A stretch of DNA of 63,554 nt, filler included, from Globobulimina sp. (Eukaryota): NCBI GenBank assembly GCA_003354225.1. It is 31 parts of 31 records of this genome, joined end to end, with 100 filler letters (N's around TTAATTAATTAA, not from the genome) between each part and the next. Parts side by side here need not be neighbours in the genome. Positions count along the whole stretch, not along the records: positions 36,973 to 38,925 come from PIVH01010251.1; positions 39,026 to 40,978 come from PIVH01010252.1; positions 41,079 to 43,031 come from PIVH01010253.1; positions 43,132 to 45,084 come from PIVH01010254.1; positions 45,185 to 47,137 come from PIVH01010255.1; positions 47,238 to 49,190 come from PIVH01010256.1; 25 more parts are not named here. One strand, written 5' to 3'. Positions 37,370 to 47,958 of this stretch are shown here, piece after piece. Position 1 is the stretch's first letter. The number at the start of each line of letters is the position of its first letter. The translations under genes and the position numbers were made by a program. The notes below the pieces were generated by a model. That model had not been told where the DNA came from and did not search any database. It saw nothing but the letters and a program-made list of their open reading frames with translations.

Positions 37370-38925
37370 TCATTTTTTTTGCGGTAATCCATAGCCACAA
37401 ATAGCTAACAACAACTTCTTATAATCTCCAGACACTGCACTTTCATCTTCAAACCATTGGTTTAACGTCAATCCATCACCATGACTCTGGTTGAATACAC
37501 CTGTCACATTTTGCAAATCCACATCAGCCCTCGAAATGATCACTCTTTGCAACAAATCATTATTAGTGCCTGCCCCACGCATGGACACTATCAACAAATT
37601 CGCAAAAAAATCATACGGTTTACACGCAAACGACTCGATAATCATCATTGCTTTGCCTGTATCACCGCCACCAAACTTATCCTTAATCGCATGATTCAAT
37701 GTCCATTTCAACGACACGTCGGGGAAAATCTTACTAATTTCACGAATCTGCGTCCACGACCTCGTCGTAAATATCTCCACAAACTTTGCCTTGGTATCAC
37801 TGTCTTTCTTCCCTTTCAATAAACCATTCAATACATTGGCATCGCTGTGGGCTGCCCGGACATCAACGCTTCCATTTGCCGGCCGCTTGCCTTCCCACAA
37901 TCAGCACAAATATTTGGCATAATTGCCCACTTTGCCTTTGCTCGTATCTTTGCGGATTCTGTCCAATAAAGGGATGCCTTTGTACCACGCATTGCGCATA
38001 GCGGCGATCTGAATGGCTGTCCGAGTGCAAATTATCTCGTTCAATAATTCTGTTTTGAATCCCAAGCCCTCCACGCCGTCATCCACTTGAATGGCGTCGT
38101 ACAAACCGGTGGGTTGCCACAATCCGACCACCACTTTCTTGAAGCTGCCACTTAGGATTTTCTTGAGGTCCTTGACCAAATTGCAGGGCTTATTCTTTTT
38201 ATCCGTTTTCTTGTTGTATGCCTCGGCGATTTGCATTCTCTGTGCCTGCGAATAGCTCACCGTCACTGTGATGATCGTGTCGTTTCGGTCTGCTTTATTC
38301 GCCAAGGCCGCCGCCACTGTATTTGCTGCTTTGTTTGCTTGCGAATCAGAGAAGTGTTCGAATGCGGCAATGGATGGCGTTGCATCGGCAAATGGCTGCT
38401 CATGAGTCCCTGCATACGATTCTTTTTTTTCTTTTTCTTCTTTGCTGTCCTCTTCTTCATCTTTGCTGTCTTCTTGTTGCTGTTTTTCTTGTTGCTGCTG
38501 TTCGATTAGCAATTCCATCGCGTCCAACTCTTGTTGCATTTTACCGATTGTCAATTCTTGCGCAGCTACGTCTTTCTTTAACTTATCGTTTTCGTCGAAC
38601 ATACCTTGGCTTTCTTGCTTTGATAAATTAAATTGAGTGATTTGGTTTTTTTGGCTTTCTAGTTGCCGTTGGATGGCTGCCTTTTGTTTCGATAATTGCT
38701 GTTTTAATCTTATATTCTCCATTGATAAACGTTGGAATTTCCCGTCTAAATATAATAAATGTAACATATATATGAAGTACAATACCGTATATATATATAT
38801 ATCGTTTATACCTGAATCTGAATCTGATTGTTTGCTTTTGTTTGGCTGTTGAGCCATATGACTGATTTTCTCTTTTTGTTGTTGTATGGCATAATCCTGG
38901 TCTTGTAGCTTGTTTTTTAAATTTT
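37370..38925 (-). CDS. Annexin with N-terminal coiled coil, in-frame TGA at 37901-37903, intron 38746-38811, 5'-truncated
   Basis: LKKILSGSF, GLGFKTELLNEIICTRT, MRGAGTNNDLLQRVIISRA and SGDYKKLLLAICG mark the annexin repeats. Confidence 0.85.
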
Positions 38926-39484
38926 NNNNNNNNNNNNNNNNNNNNNNNNNNNNNNNNNNNNNNNNNNNNTTAATTAATTAANNNNNNNNNNNNNNNNNNN
39001 NNNNNNNNNNNNNNNNNNNNNNNNNGGCAATTCGTTGGGAACGAAATTGTATATTCCAAAGATTTTCTATTCATATATTGTTTTGTTGATGAAATCCATC
39101 GATAAGGAAACAATTCCTCCCAAATATAAGCAGTTGAAATCTGTGTTGAAATTCTATACATTGGAAATGATTCAGTTGATGCCAGCGGCACAGAAAGAGG
39201 TAATGACGAAAGAAATTTATGATTCGTATTTTTTAATATATTTACAGGAGATTATTGATAAAAGATCGCATTTAATTGCAAAGACATAATTGTATATATT
39301 GTGTTGCGTTGAATTTTGTGTTTGATACAGGTCTTTTTTATACAGATAGTTAGCAAATGAGTCGAACGTACGGATTTTGCCGGAATTTAGCAGTGTTGTT
39401 TTGTGGCGGAAAATAGCATTCTTGAATTAATAGGTGGTTACAATTAAATACTTCAAACAATTTGTAGCACAAATCATGTCATTA

Positions 39485-40623
39485 TCACATACATAGATTA
39501 ATGTATGGCGGCGGATTAATTCTTTTTAATGCAATAATATCATGAATTTGTTTCTCATATTTCCTATTTATATCAATCCTAATCCGGCCATGTCCGCCAT
39601 TCGCATACAATCCCCATTTGCCACCGTAACCCCCTCTTGCTTGAATCAATGATTCTTTGTCCATTTCAATCGTATCATTTATAATTAAATGAATAGAGCC
39701 GCCCGAACCGGCACCAGCGCCGATCATTGCATCCCCACCATTCGCAGTGATACATCCATAATTTATCAATTTATTACATTCTATAAATATGGCACCGCCG
39801 CCATCACCGCCAAGATTGCAAATGGATCCACCACCACCAGAGCCTAAATGCAATACAGTTAAATATTTATCACCATAAATTTCGCCGCCTTTCCCTGTGT
39901 TATCAATGCCAGATTTTACATCTTCACTCATTTTCCCATGGCCTCCGCGCGTGGAATATCCCCCACCGCCTTTTTATTGTTTTTTTAATTGATAAATGCG
40001 GAGAATTGAACATGTACAGTTACTACATACCGGCACCACATGTCTCTAATCCTGCACCTTTTAATTTGTTTTTTGTTGCAGATAAATGCGCCGAGAATGC
40101 ACAGATTTTGAGTGCATGACATACCTCCACCGCCTACATTTGGTGATATATCATGGAGTGTACCCATCGCATTGCAGGACTCGCCGGATGTGAAATATCC
40201 GCCGGATATATAGCCACAACAATCCACTTCAATTTTGCCGCCTTTTTCAATGATAATATTACCTTTGCACTTTAATAATAATCGGCCACCAACAAAAGGA
40301 CTGAATTCTGAGGAGATGTACGTTAATATTAGTTGTTGGATATCAGTGGAATAGTTTATTACGCTGTGATTACTCCAATGGCATATTAACATATCTACTT
40401 TATATGGAGCGATGCTATGTTTTTTATTCAGATTTTCATTTCTTTGCCGTTTATAGTTATTACGGCCTAACCATGGCGATATTGTCAGTGTGCATCCTTT
40501 ATCAATGTGTATGTTATCAAATTCATGAACTATATCGGAGTCCAATTCCAATAGATTTGGATCGTGGTTCCACAGTTGATGTTGTTTTAGTTTTTTGAAT
40601 TTCATTTCTAAATTGGTAGACAT
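39485..40623 (-). CDS. Glycine-rich repeat protein (GSGGG / GGGAIxI / GSGGSI), intron-containing
   Basis: LGSGGGG, GGDGGGAIFIEC, ITANGG, GAGSGGSIHL and GGHGRIRI across two ORFs. Exact splice sites near 39970-40110 are not resolved. Confidence 0.6.
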
Positions 40624-40787
40624 TGTTTGTTTTGATGATATGTATGATAATTAATGAAAAGAATTGAGACGTTTGATACGTCGAAAGAATTAGATTTGTT
40701 GCTTTCAAAGCGCAGATGACCAAAAAAACTTTGAATTGAAGTTTCCGTTAAATATGGCAACGTCCATTTGTTGTATGCATGAAGAAA

Positions 40788-40958
40788 GAGCTGCAAAATA
40801 TGGATCTCTTCTAGAAGTAAACAACATACCTGCAAACAATGTTATTTATACATATTATTATGACATGACCATACAATCGAACATGTATAAATACTGCTTC
40901 TTTATATCATCGATAAACTTATGGGGTATAATATTTCCATATCTAAAGTTTGCATATG
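40788..40958 (+). repeat. Dispersed repeat family, copy A
   Basis: Aligns by eye to the reverse complement of 41335-41481, with substitutions and a ~20-bp insertion. Confidence 0.85.
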
Positions 40959-41078
40959 GGTGTTTATTTTTTTACCGTNNNNNNNNNNNNNNNNNNNNNN
41001 NNNNNNNNNNNNNNNNNNNNNNTTAATTAATTAANNNNNNNNNNNNNNNNNNNNNNNNNNNNNNNNNNNNNNNNNNNN

Positions 41079-41197
41079 TGCTTTGTGGTGGCGGACACGA
41101 TATGTTATTACGTGCAGCGATAATAAATTGGTTCATATCCTATTATCCAACAATTTATTATTCATAAACGAGAGCAAAACGAGTGGCAAATCCTTTT
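41079..41197 (+). repeat. 119-bp terminal direct repeat of contig (left)
   Basis: Identical to 42913-43031. Confidence 0.95.
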
Positions 41198-41334
41198 GCG
41201 ACGCTGGTGCCTCACGTGGCGACTAAATTCTTTTCGTTGGGTAAAATTCTTAATTAATGGACCTACTTACTGAAACTTAGTGGAAATGAAAACTGATTCC
41301 TAACATCTTGTTACCGCTTGCACTTTGCGATCAA

Positions 41335-41481
41335 CATATGCAAAATTTAGATATGGAAATATTATACTCCATGAGTTTATAATGATATAAAGAAGCAGTA
41401 TTTATGCATGTTCGATTGTAAGATGATGTTATAATAATATGTATAATAACCTTGTTTGCAGGGATCCATATTTTGCTGCTC
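41335..41481 (-). repeat. Dispersed repeat family, copy B
   Basis: Reverse-complement homolog of 40788-40958. Confidence 0.85.
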
Positions 41482-41663
41482 CTTCTTTATACTCGGTATA
41501 CAACAAAAAATCACGATCGGTGTATTTGGTTTATGGATGGTGCCAATTTGCCCGGTCACGCATAGTAAAAGCAGGAATTAAAACGCTTCTAAAATTGCGT
41601 CTGCGATCATTAATTAGGCCGGAGGTTGTTCTTATAAATTGAGACTTAGGAGATAGGCCATCC

Positions 41664-41832
41664 TTAATTGAGGCTCTTAAAACAAAAAAACGTTGCTATA
41701 TATACAGGAGTATAGCATTTCTACCTATCATGGGATGGGTGGGCACCCAATTTGGCCTCCATAGATAGTATCTAACTATCCTGTGCATATTCATACTTTT
41801 TTTTTTATTTTTGTTTTAATGGCCTCAATTAA
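41664..41832. mobile_element. MITE-like element with ~25-bp terminal inverted repeats
   Basis: TTAATTGAGGCtcTTAAAACAAAAA ... TTTTTGTTTTAAtgGCCTCAATTAA (23/25 complementary). Confidence 0.5.
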
Positions 41833-41922
41833 TTGCAAAATGTTTAATATTTATAAATAAGATTCAGATCAAATCTGAGATCGAAGGACAGAAACGTATA
41901 CAAAAACTGTCAATCACAATAA

Positions 41923-42357
41923 TCAGAAGCTCTCTTTGTATGCTCCACCCCAAGGCAACGAACCCCACTGAGTATCAATCTCATGAAGAAGATTTCTCTC
42001 CAACCTAAGTTGATCCATTTCAAATGAATTCTCGTAAGGCGAGTCGTGAGCTCTTTGCTTTTTCAATTTCTTTTTTGTTTGACGGCTTTGTGCACTCATT
42101 CTTTTTTGCTCTTTCTTCCTTTTTAATTGATTTTGATGTTTCTTACTTTGAAAATGATTTTGTTCATTTGAATCATCTCCAACAGATAATTGATGTAAAT
42201 GTTTTTTGCCATTCAAATGAGATTCTCTATCACGGCCATTCATTGTTCTTCTGCAAACATTGCAATAAAATGGATATGTCTTTTTAGGCACCCAGACAGA
42301 GTTTTGTTTCTCACTTTTGCGAGCTTTGTTCTTTGGCACCCAAACCTTGCGGGACAT
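41923..42357 (-). CDS. Small basic protein with matrin/U1-type C2H2 zinc finger
   Basis: FYCNVC..MNGRDRESHLNGKKH, plus a duplicated VWVPK motif. Confidence 0.7.
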   Translation of the reverse strand: MSRKVWVPKNKARKSEKQNSVWVPKKTYPFYCNVCRRTMNGRDRESHLNGKKHLHQLSVGDDSNEQNHFQSKKHQNQLKRKKEQKRMSAQSRQTKKKLKKQRAHDSPYENSFEMDQLRLERNLLHEIDTQWGSLPWGGAYKESF

Positions 42358-42592
42358 GTTTGCAAAAAGGATTTTTCTTTTTAAAAGAATGTTTTTAAGT
42401 GTAGAACTCTCACATTGTTGTGCCAACAATCTGTGATCATTTAGGTCAAGAAACGTTTTTATTGTACCCAATCACAAATAAGTAAAAAAAAAAGTCCTTC
42501 ATATATTAATAACAACAATGAACATAAGAAAATTAGTGAAACATACATTTATATGAAACAGAAAGACAAAAAACAATTAAAATCTACACTAT

Positions 42593-42970
42593 TTACACAC
42601 AAAGCCGATCAATATGCATATTTGTATCGACAGCAACAAACGTGCTATTATGGCCAGCAAATATTCTCTTGATTTGTTGATCAATGTCGGGCTGATTCTC
42701 AAACGTCAACAATATCGGCCTTAATATTATATTCTCCACACTCTCACTGCCAAAGCCGTCCTGCTGCACTTGCCGACATTGATAATATTCATTGCAACCA
42801 CAGACAAACACTTTCCTTTTCTTCGTAATAATCACAGTGTGATTCGGACCACAGCAGATATCTCCGATCAATTCCGCCTTCAACAATTGCTTGGCACCAA
42901 CTGCTATCTGCATGCTTTGTGGTGGCGGACACGATATGTTATTACGTGCAGCGATAATAAATTGGTTCAT
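42593..42970 (-). CDS. RCC1-repeat protein, terminal exon/fragment
   Basis: IGDICCGPNHTVII..KVFVCGCNEYYQC and IKRIFAGHNSTF. Confidence 0.7.
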   Translation of the reverse strand: MNQFIIAARNNISCPPPQSMQIAVGAKQLLKAELIGDICCGPNHTVIITKKRKVFVCGCNEYYQCRQVQQDGFGSESVENIILRPILLTFENQPDIDQQIKRIFAGHNSTFVAVDTNMHIDRLCV

Positions 42971-43031
42971 ATCCTATTATCCAACAATTTATTATTCATA
43001 AACGAGAGCAAAACGAGTGGCAAATCCTTTT
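42913..43031 (+). repeat. 119-bp terminal direct repeat of contig (right)
   Basis: Identical to 41079-41197. Confidence 0.95.
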
Positions 43032-43412
43032 NNNNNNNNNNNNNNNNNNNNNNNNNNNNNNNNNNNNNNNNNNNNTTAATTAATTAANNNNNNNNNNNNN
43101 NNNNNNNNNNNNNNNNNNNNNNNNNNNNNNNGAATTATGATGAGAATTATTATTCGTTGAGCAGTTAATTGAATTTGTATGATATTTTTGTTGAATTAGC
43201 GACTGATTACTTGGATATATCAAACCGGACCGTAATAAACATGCTTCTTCTTCTTTGGAAGGATCAATATTACGAATAAACTCAGAATATGATGTAAATT
43301 TGCAATCTGTTCCTTTTTGTGCCATTCTTAAGTTTAAAAACAGTTTTTGTGCCGGAATTAAACGGTCCGATGAATAATAACAGAAATGCGCACGCAACAA
43401 ATTATTGATATG

Positions 43413-44606
43413 TTATAATTCCTGTTTGTTTATTGACTGTTTATATGCTATATAATTTTCATAACGTTCCTGTTGAATTTTTGCAAGTTGTTTTGTGAAA
43501 AATAGTTGAAACTCTGCTTCCAATTTTTTGTCCCATTTAATAGTTTGAATGTGTTCAAAACTTTTTGAATATGATTCCCCTTTACTGATTTGATTAATTT
43601 TATACAAATCGTTATATTCCAATTCAAAACCTAAAATTTGTCCATTATCCGCAATCTGTTGCTTGTTATTGCGACCAGATAACGCAACAATTCCTTGCTG
43701 CATTGCCCATTTTAATATTATTTGTGATGGAGTTTTGGAATATTTAGTTGCTAATTTTCTAATCAATTTATCTTTTAACAATGCATTATCTCCGGTTGGG
43801 TTAATAAGTTCATCTGAAACAACAATGATTCTTTCGCGAATCATATATTTTCTTAATTTTTTCCGAGTATTATATGGATGGAATTCAATCATATTTACTG
43901 ATGGTTTGTATTTTGCAAACAACAGTAATTCCTTTAAATGCTCCTTTTCAAAATAACTCACTCCTAAATTTATACAAATTCCATCTTCTTTCAACGACTC
44001 CAATGCCAACCAGGTTAAACGTCGTATTTTAGCAGATTCATATAATTTATCCTTTGTATTGCTGTTAGCATCAAAGATTACTTTTGGACCACCCATTAAA
44101 CACAAATTAATATTTTTAAATTGTATTCGTTTTAGAAACATTTGGATGGCATTTATTACCGATTTATAGCCATAGTTTTGTGGTTCAATGGTTAATGATA
44201 AAAATATTGATGATCTGCGCACCCCGACAGCTGATATTGCTCTTGCAATATATTTATAATTATTGTATGATAATGAAGTATGAATATATCTGTATCCTAA
44301 ACGTATTGCAAACACTAAAGATTCATATAAATTGTTTTTATTTTTCGCATTTATACCGATTGCGGGTATTTCAGTGCCACCATATAAATCATATGTTGTT
44401 ACATCATAATGTGGATCAAATATGTAATCAAACCATTTCTTTTCATCAACATTCCATTTGTGTTCAACTCTTTCTTCTTCAGTTTCCCAATCTAATGGAA
44501 AATCAGGTGTTACAATATCTTCACTCAGTTTAGTATTTACAAATTTGCAGAAATGCATCATAGTAATAAGCAAAATACAAGACATTTGAATAGAATGTTT
44601 TTTCAT
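43413..44606 (-). CDS. Aldo-keto reductase-fold protein with signal peptide and C-terminal KQEL
   Basis: IPAIG, LGYRYIHT, LGVSYF, PSVNMIEFHPY and KTPSQIILKWAMQQG. Hydrophobic N-terminus. Confidence 0.85.
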   Translation of the reverse strand: MKKHSIQMSCILLITMMHFCKFVNTKLSEDIVTPDFPLDWETEEERVEHKWNVDEKKWFDYIFDPHYDVTTYDLYGGTEIPAIGINAKNKNNLYESLVFAIRLGYRYIHTSLSYNNYKYIARAISAVGVRRSSIFLSLTIEPQNYGYKSVINAIQMFLKRIQFKNINLCLMGGPKVIFDANSNTKDKLYESAKIRRLTWLALESLKEDGICINLGVSYFEKEHLKELLLFAKYKPSVNMIEFHPYNTRKKLRKYMIRERIIVVSDELINPTGDNALLKDKLIRKLATKYSKTPSQIILKWAMQQGIVALSGRNNKQQIADNGQILGFELEYNDLYKINQISKGESYSKSFEHIQTIKWDKKLEAEFQLFFTKQLAKIQQERYENYIAYKQSINKQEL

Positions 44607-44825
44607 TGTTAGACTGCGGGACGAAAACTTAACGATGAATTTGATTGGTTTTTTGCAAACCCAATGCAAACTTTATATGGATCGATATGTATACAAACGG
44701 GCGGGTTATCTAACCACGGGGGTTATGTATCAAAACTCATCGTTTATGTTTAAGAGAAAATACTTAATAATAATAAATAACAGAATCATTTATAATAATA
44801 ATAATAAACTGTACATATTTCAGAA

Positions 44826-45083
44826 TCACAAATAACCTCTAACAAGAGCAGTATGCCCATCAGCACACTGATCATCCATCCATTCTCCGGGATCATTTTC
44901 AGTACCAAACGCACATTGATCAATAACATATTGCCATGCACTGCTCTCCGTTTCCCTATATCTCCATGCAATTACTGCGTGTTGATGCCCATTTGCAATA
45001 TCCGTATCACCTGTAATCGTATAAGCTGATCCATTATAATACTGATCAGTGGCATCATCGACCCAAAAAGAATTTATTTTCCA
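44826..45083 (-). CDS. C-terminal fragment of a hypothetical, probably extracellular protein (absent from the ORF track)
   Basis: Open frame WKINSFWVDDATDQYYNGSAY...QCADGHTALVRGYL* from the contig edge. Confidence 0.5.
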   Translation of the reverse strand, partial: WKINSFWVDDATDQYYNGSAYTITGDTDIANGHQHAVIAWRYRETESSAWQYVIDQCAFGTENDPGEWMDDQCADGHTALVRGYL

Positions 45084-45707
45084 CNNNNNNNNNNNNNNNN
45101 NNNNNNNNNNNNNNNNNNNNNNNNNNNNTTAATTAATTAANNNNNNNNNNNNNNNNNNNNNNNNNNNNNNNNNNNNNNNNNNNNCAGGATAGAAATCTTG
45201 AATCGTCAAATCTATCATGAGACAGATTGGCAACCAATTAATCCATTTGGACACTATTTTGTAGAAAATATGCATTGTTTTGGAATCGCTATTACTTTTC
45301 TTTTGTGTCATTGTGAATTTTCATAAAAATACAGAATAAATTCAATGTATAAATTGCAATTATAAAAAATGTTATAAAAATGTTCATAATTTTCATAATC
45401 ACGCGGCATACTCCACTTTCATAATCCTGAAAACTAATGAGACATTTTAGACGCCCTGAATTGAGTATGTCCAACTGAAACATATTAATTTTAACAATTT
45501 TAAGAGAGAACAGTTCTTATATTGCGCAACATCATCAAAACTAAGGGAATTGATACCAAGCTCATAGGTTATCTCAATAATTAAAATTCAAAAATCGAAC
45601 ACAAAACAAAGCAGATAAAAGAACATAAAAATTATACAAAATAACATAGTATAGATTTATAAATATTTATTGATTATTATTATTATTTTACACATGATTT
45701 TTGTCAA

Positions 45708-45980
45708 TTAATTTTTATTTGAATTCAAAATTGGTTCTTCTTCATCTAAATCTCTCTCTTGAATTAATTGTTTGAGATTCTTCTTTAATTCACATTTATT
45801 TGCACGTTTTTTACCAATTTTATACGCACAAAATAACATAATTAAAACCAAACTAACTAAGAATAATGCACCATAAATAAACTCTGTATATGGTATTGAA
45901 ATTGTACTTTCACAGTCTGACACCGATGAATCATCACATGGTGAATACATTCTAGTCATCAGATCCGATATAAAGGTCAT
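45708..45980 (-). CDS. Small single-pass membrane protein
   Basis: FIYGALFLVSLVLIMLFCAY followed by basic KIGKKR. Confidence 0.45.
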   Translation of the reverse strand: MTFISDLMTRMYSPCDDSSVSDCESTISIPYTEFIYGALFLVSLVLIMLFCAYKIGKKRANKCELKKNLKQLIQERDLDEEEPILNSNKN

Positions 45981-46132
45981 AATGATAAGTTAAATGTTCG
46001 TGATAGATACAGGTGTCGGTTTGTAGAGACGGCTAATTTACTACTAGTATATTAGAAGGATTAGTCGTTTGGATAAAATGATACAGGTTTTTTGAGTATC
46101 TTCAAAACACTAAGAAAACAATTACTAAGACA

Positions 46133-47137
46133 ATGGCACCTTGCCAAGCAAACTTGTTGAGATCGCTCAACTATTCATTGTTACTATTCTTAGTTATCGT
46201 ATTAATCAATTTATTAAACAAAGAATCGTATGGTGATAAATTATATGTGTCACCATCACAAAATAATTCCCTAACCAATGCACTATTTCATGTAGCACAT
46301 AAGACACAGAGTCATCCAAATCTGTCACACACTGTGAATGTACCAAATCCATCACACACAAATATTGCACAAAGGCCAACTCATACAATGAACACAAAAT
46401 ACATCAAATCTACACTTAATGAAACCATACCAAAACTACGCAATTTCGCAGTTCCAAATATCCGCAATTTCGCAGTATCAAATATCATCAAACTCACAGC
46501 AAATCCATCACATACACGTTCTACATCGACCTTATTCCTCAAAAATACAGCACCTCCCATTACATTGAACAAAATGACATTACGCACAATCGCATTATAT
46601 CTAGACAACGTAACAATAACTGATCACAATCCACATACTATCAATGTAACATGTTTACAAATTTTTATTTTCAATGTTTACATATTAATTTCTTTAAACA
46701 CTTTTAACATTAAACTATCGATGTTCGTGATAAAAATGGGATTTATGTTTTGCTTTTTGCAAACTGAGATAGTAAAACTAATGAACAAAAATGAAAAACT
46801 AATTAATTACCAGGTGTTTTTCAACACCACCAAAACTAAAATGTTAACAACTATTTTACCATCTGTTTTTATGTTGGAACATCAAAACAGATTGGATTTT
46901 AATATACAATTAGCCACACACAAGAACTACAGACAACTTACGAAAAAACTCATCCAGAAAACACGAAAAATGGTTAAGTATAACTGTATAATATCTTGCA
47001 ATATAATGTAAATGGGCTGATAAGCCCCACAAAAATGACTCAAGAAGATAAATGTCATAGAATTCACCAAATAATGATTTCCAAACAAATTGATTTTCTC
47101 CTGCTCCAAGAATGGAGTGCCACTTTGCGATATGCAA
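46133..47137 (+). mobile_element. 5' part of a non-LTR retroelement ORF running into an APE-type endonuclease, frameshift near 46990
   Basis: LQYNVNGL...IDFLLLQEW matches APE motifs I-II. The upstream 292-aa ORF abuts it in another frame. Confidence 0.6.
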
Positions 47138-47237
47138 NNNNNNNNNNNNNNNNNNNNNNNNNNNNNNNNNNNNNNNNNNNNTTAATTAATTAANNNNNNN
47201 NNNNNNNNNNNNNNNNNNNNNNNNNNNNNNNNNNNNN

Positions 47238-47867
47238 AGCTCCATACAACATTATTGTATATGATGTTCCTCGTTCAATAGACAGTGAATGTGCAAGTAA
47301 TGTACCATTAATATGCCTATATTCAATAATTGTTCCTACACAGAATGTTAACGATGCTATTTGTAAATAAGCATCCAACCATTTACCAGATACTCTCATA
47401 GAATGATTATATTGCAATAACAGATTTGTCCAACCAATGGAATTCAACGATGTTTCACTGACTGATATTTGATTTAATTTAATCTGTTTAGGAATGGATT
47501 TCATCATTCTTCTGCGTATACTCTTTTTTTTTGATTTGAAATACGTTTCTACAGAATTATAACCATCAATATCCATCGACATATTACCACATCTCATGAC
47601 TTTTGTTAATGCGCTTAAAAAATCCATCAAAATGTGAGTGTATAATATGCGTAATGGATATATTAATAATGTAAGTGCTGTGAAATATATTCTAATGAAT
47701 AGTAAAAATTCAATATGAACTGTTAATAATAGTATAAATGCATAGAATGATAAACGAAAATAAATTGCGATGGAAATAGGAGGCATTGCAGCAATTATAA
47801 ACAATAAAATGATTGGCGAATACATCAGTATTTTACCTTGCATTGCAAAACTACTCAATAATGCCAT
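47238..47867 (-). CDS. Membrane-anchored GNAT/FemAB-like acyltransferase, 3'-truncated
   Basis: N-terminal TM helices, then DIDGYNSVETYFKSKKKSIRRRM and YRHINGTLLAHSLSIERGTSYTIMLYG. Confidence 0.45.
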
Positions 47868-47958
47868 GTCTGTTTCAGACTGAAAATATAGTGTTAGTAC
47901 TTAAAAATTAAAATATATATACAAATTAATTTATACAAGAAATGTTTACGCTCAAATG

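Noticed and set aside
15937-37903. Alternative genetic code suggested by in-frame TAA (NMD3) and TGA (annexin)
   Set aside because: The two cases use different codons, and TAA, TAG and TGA all end other genes at expected C-termini (eIF4E TAA, Vps4-like TAG, annexin TGA).
44786-44971. MHGDIG... ORF as a DEAD-box helicase fragment
   Set aside because: Only a chance HGD; a longer open frame (44826-45083) explains the region and no other helicase motifs are present.
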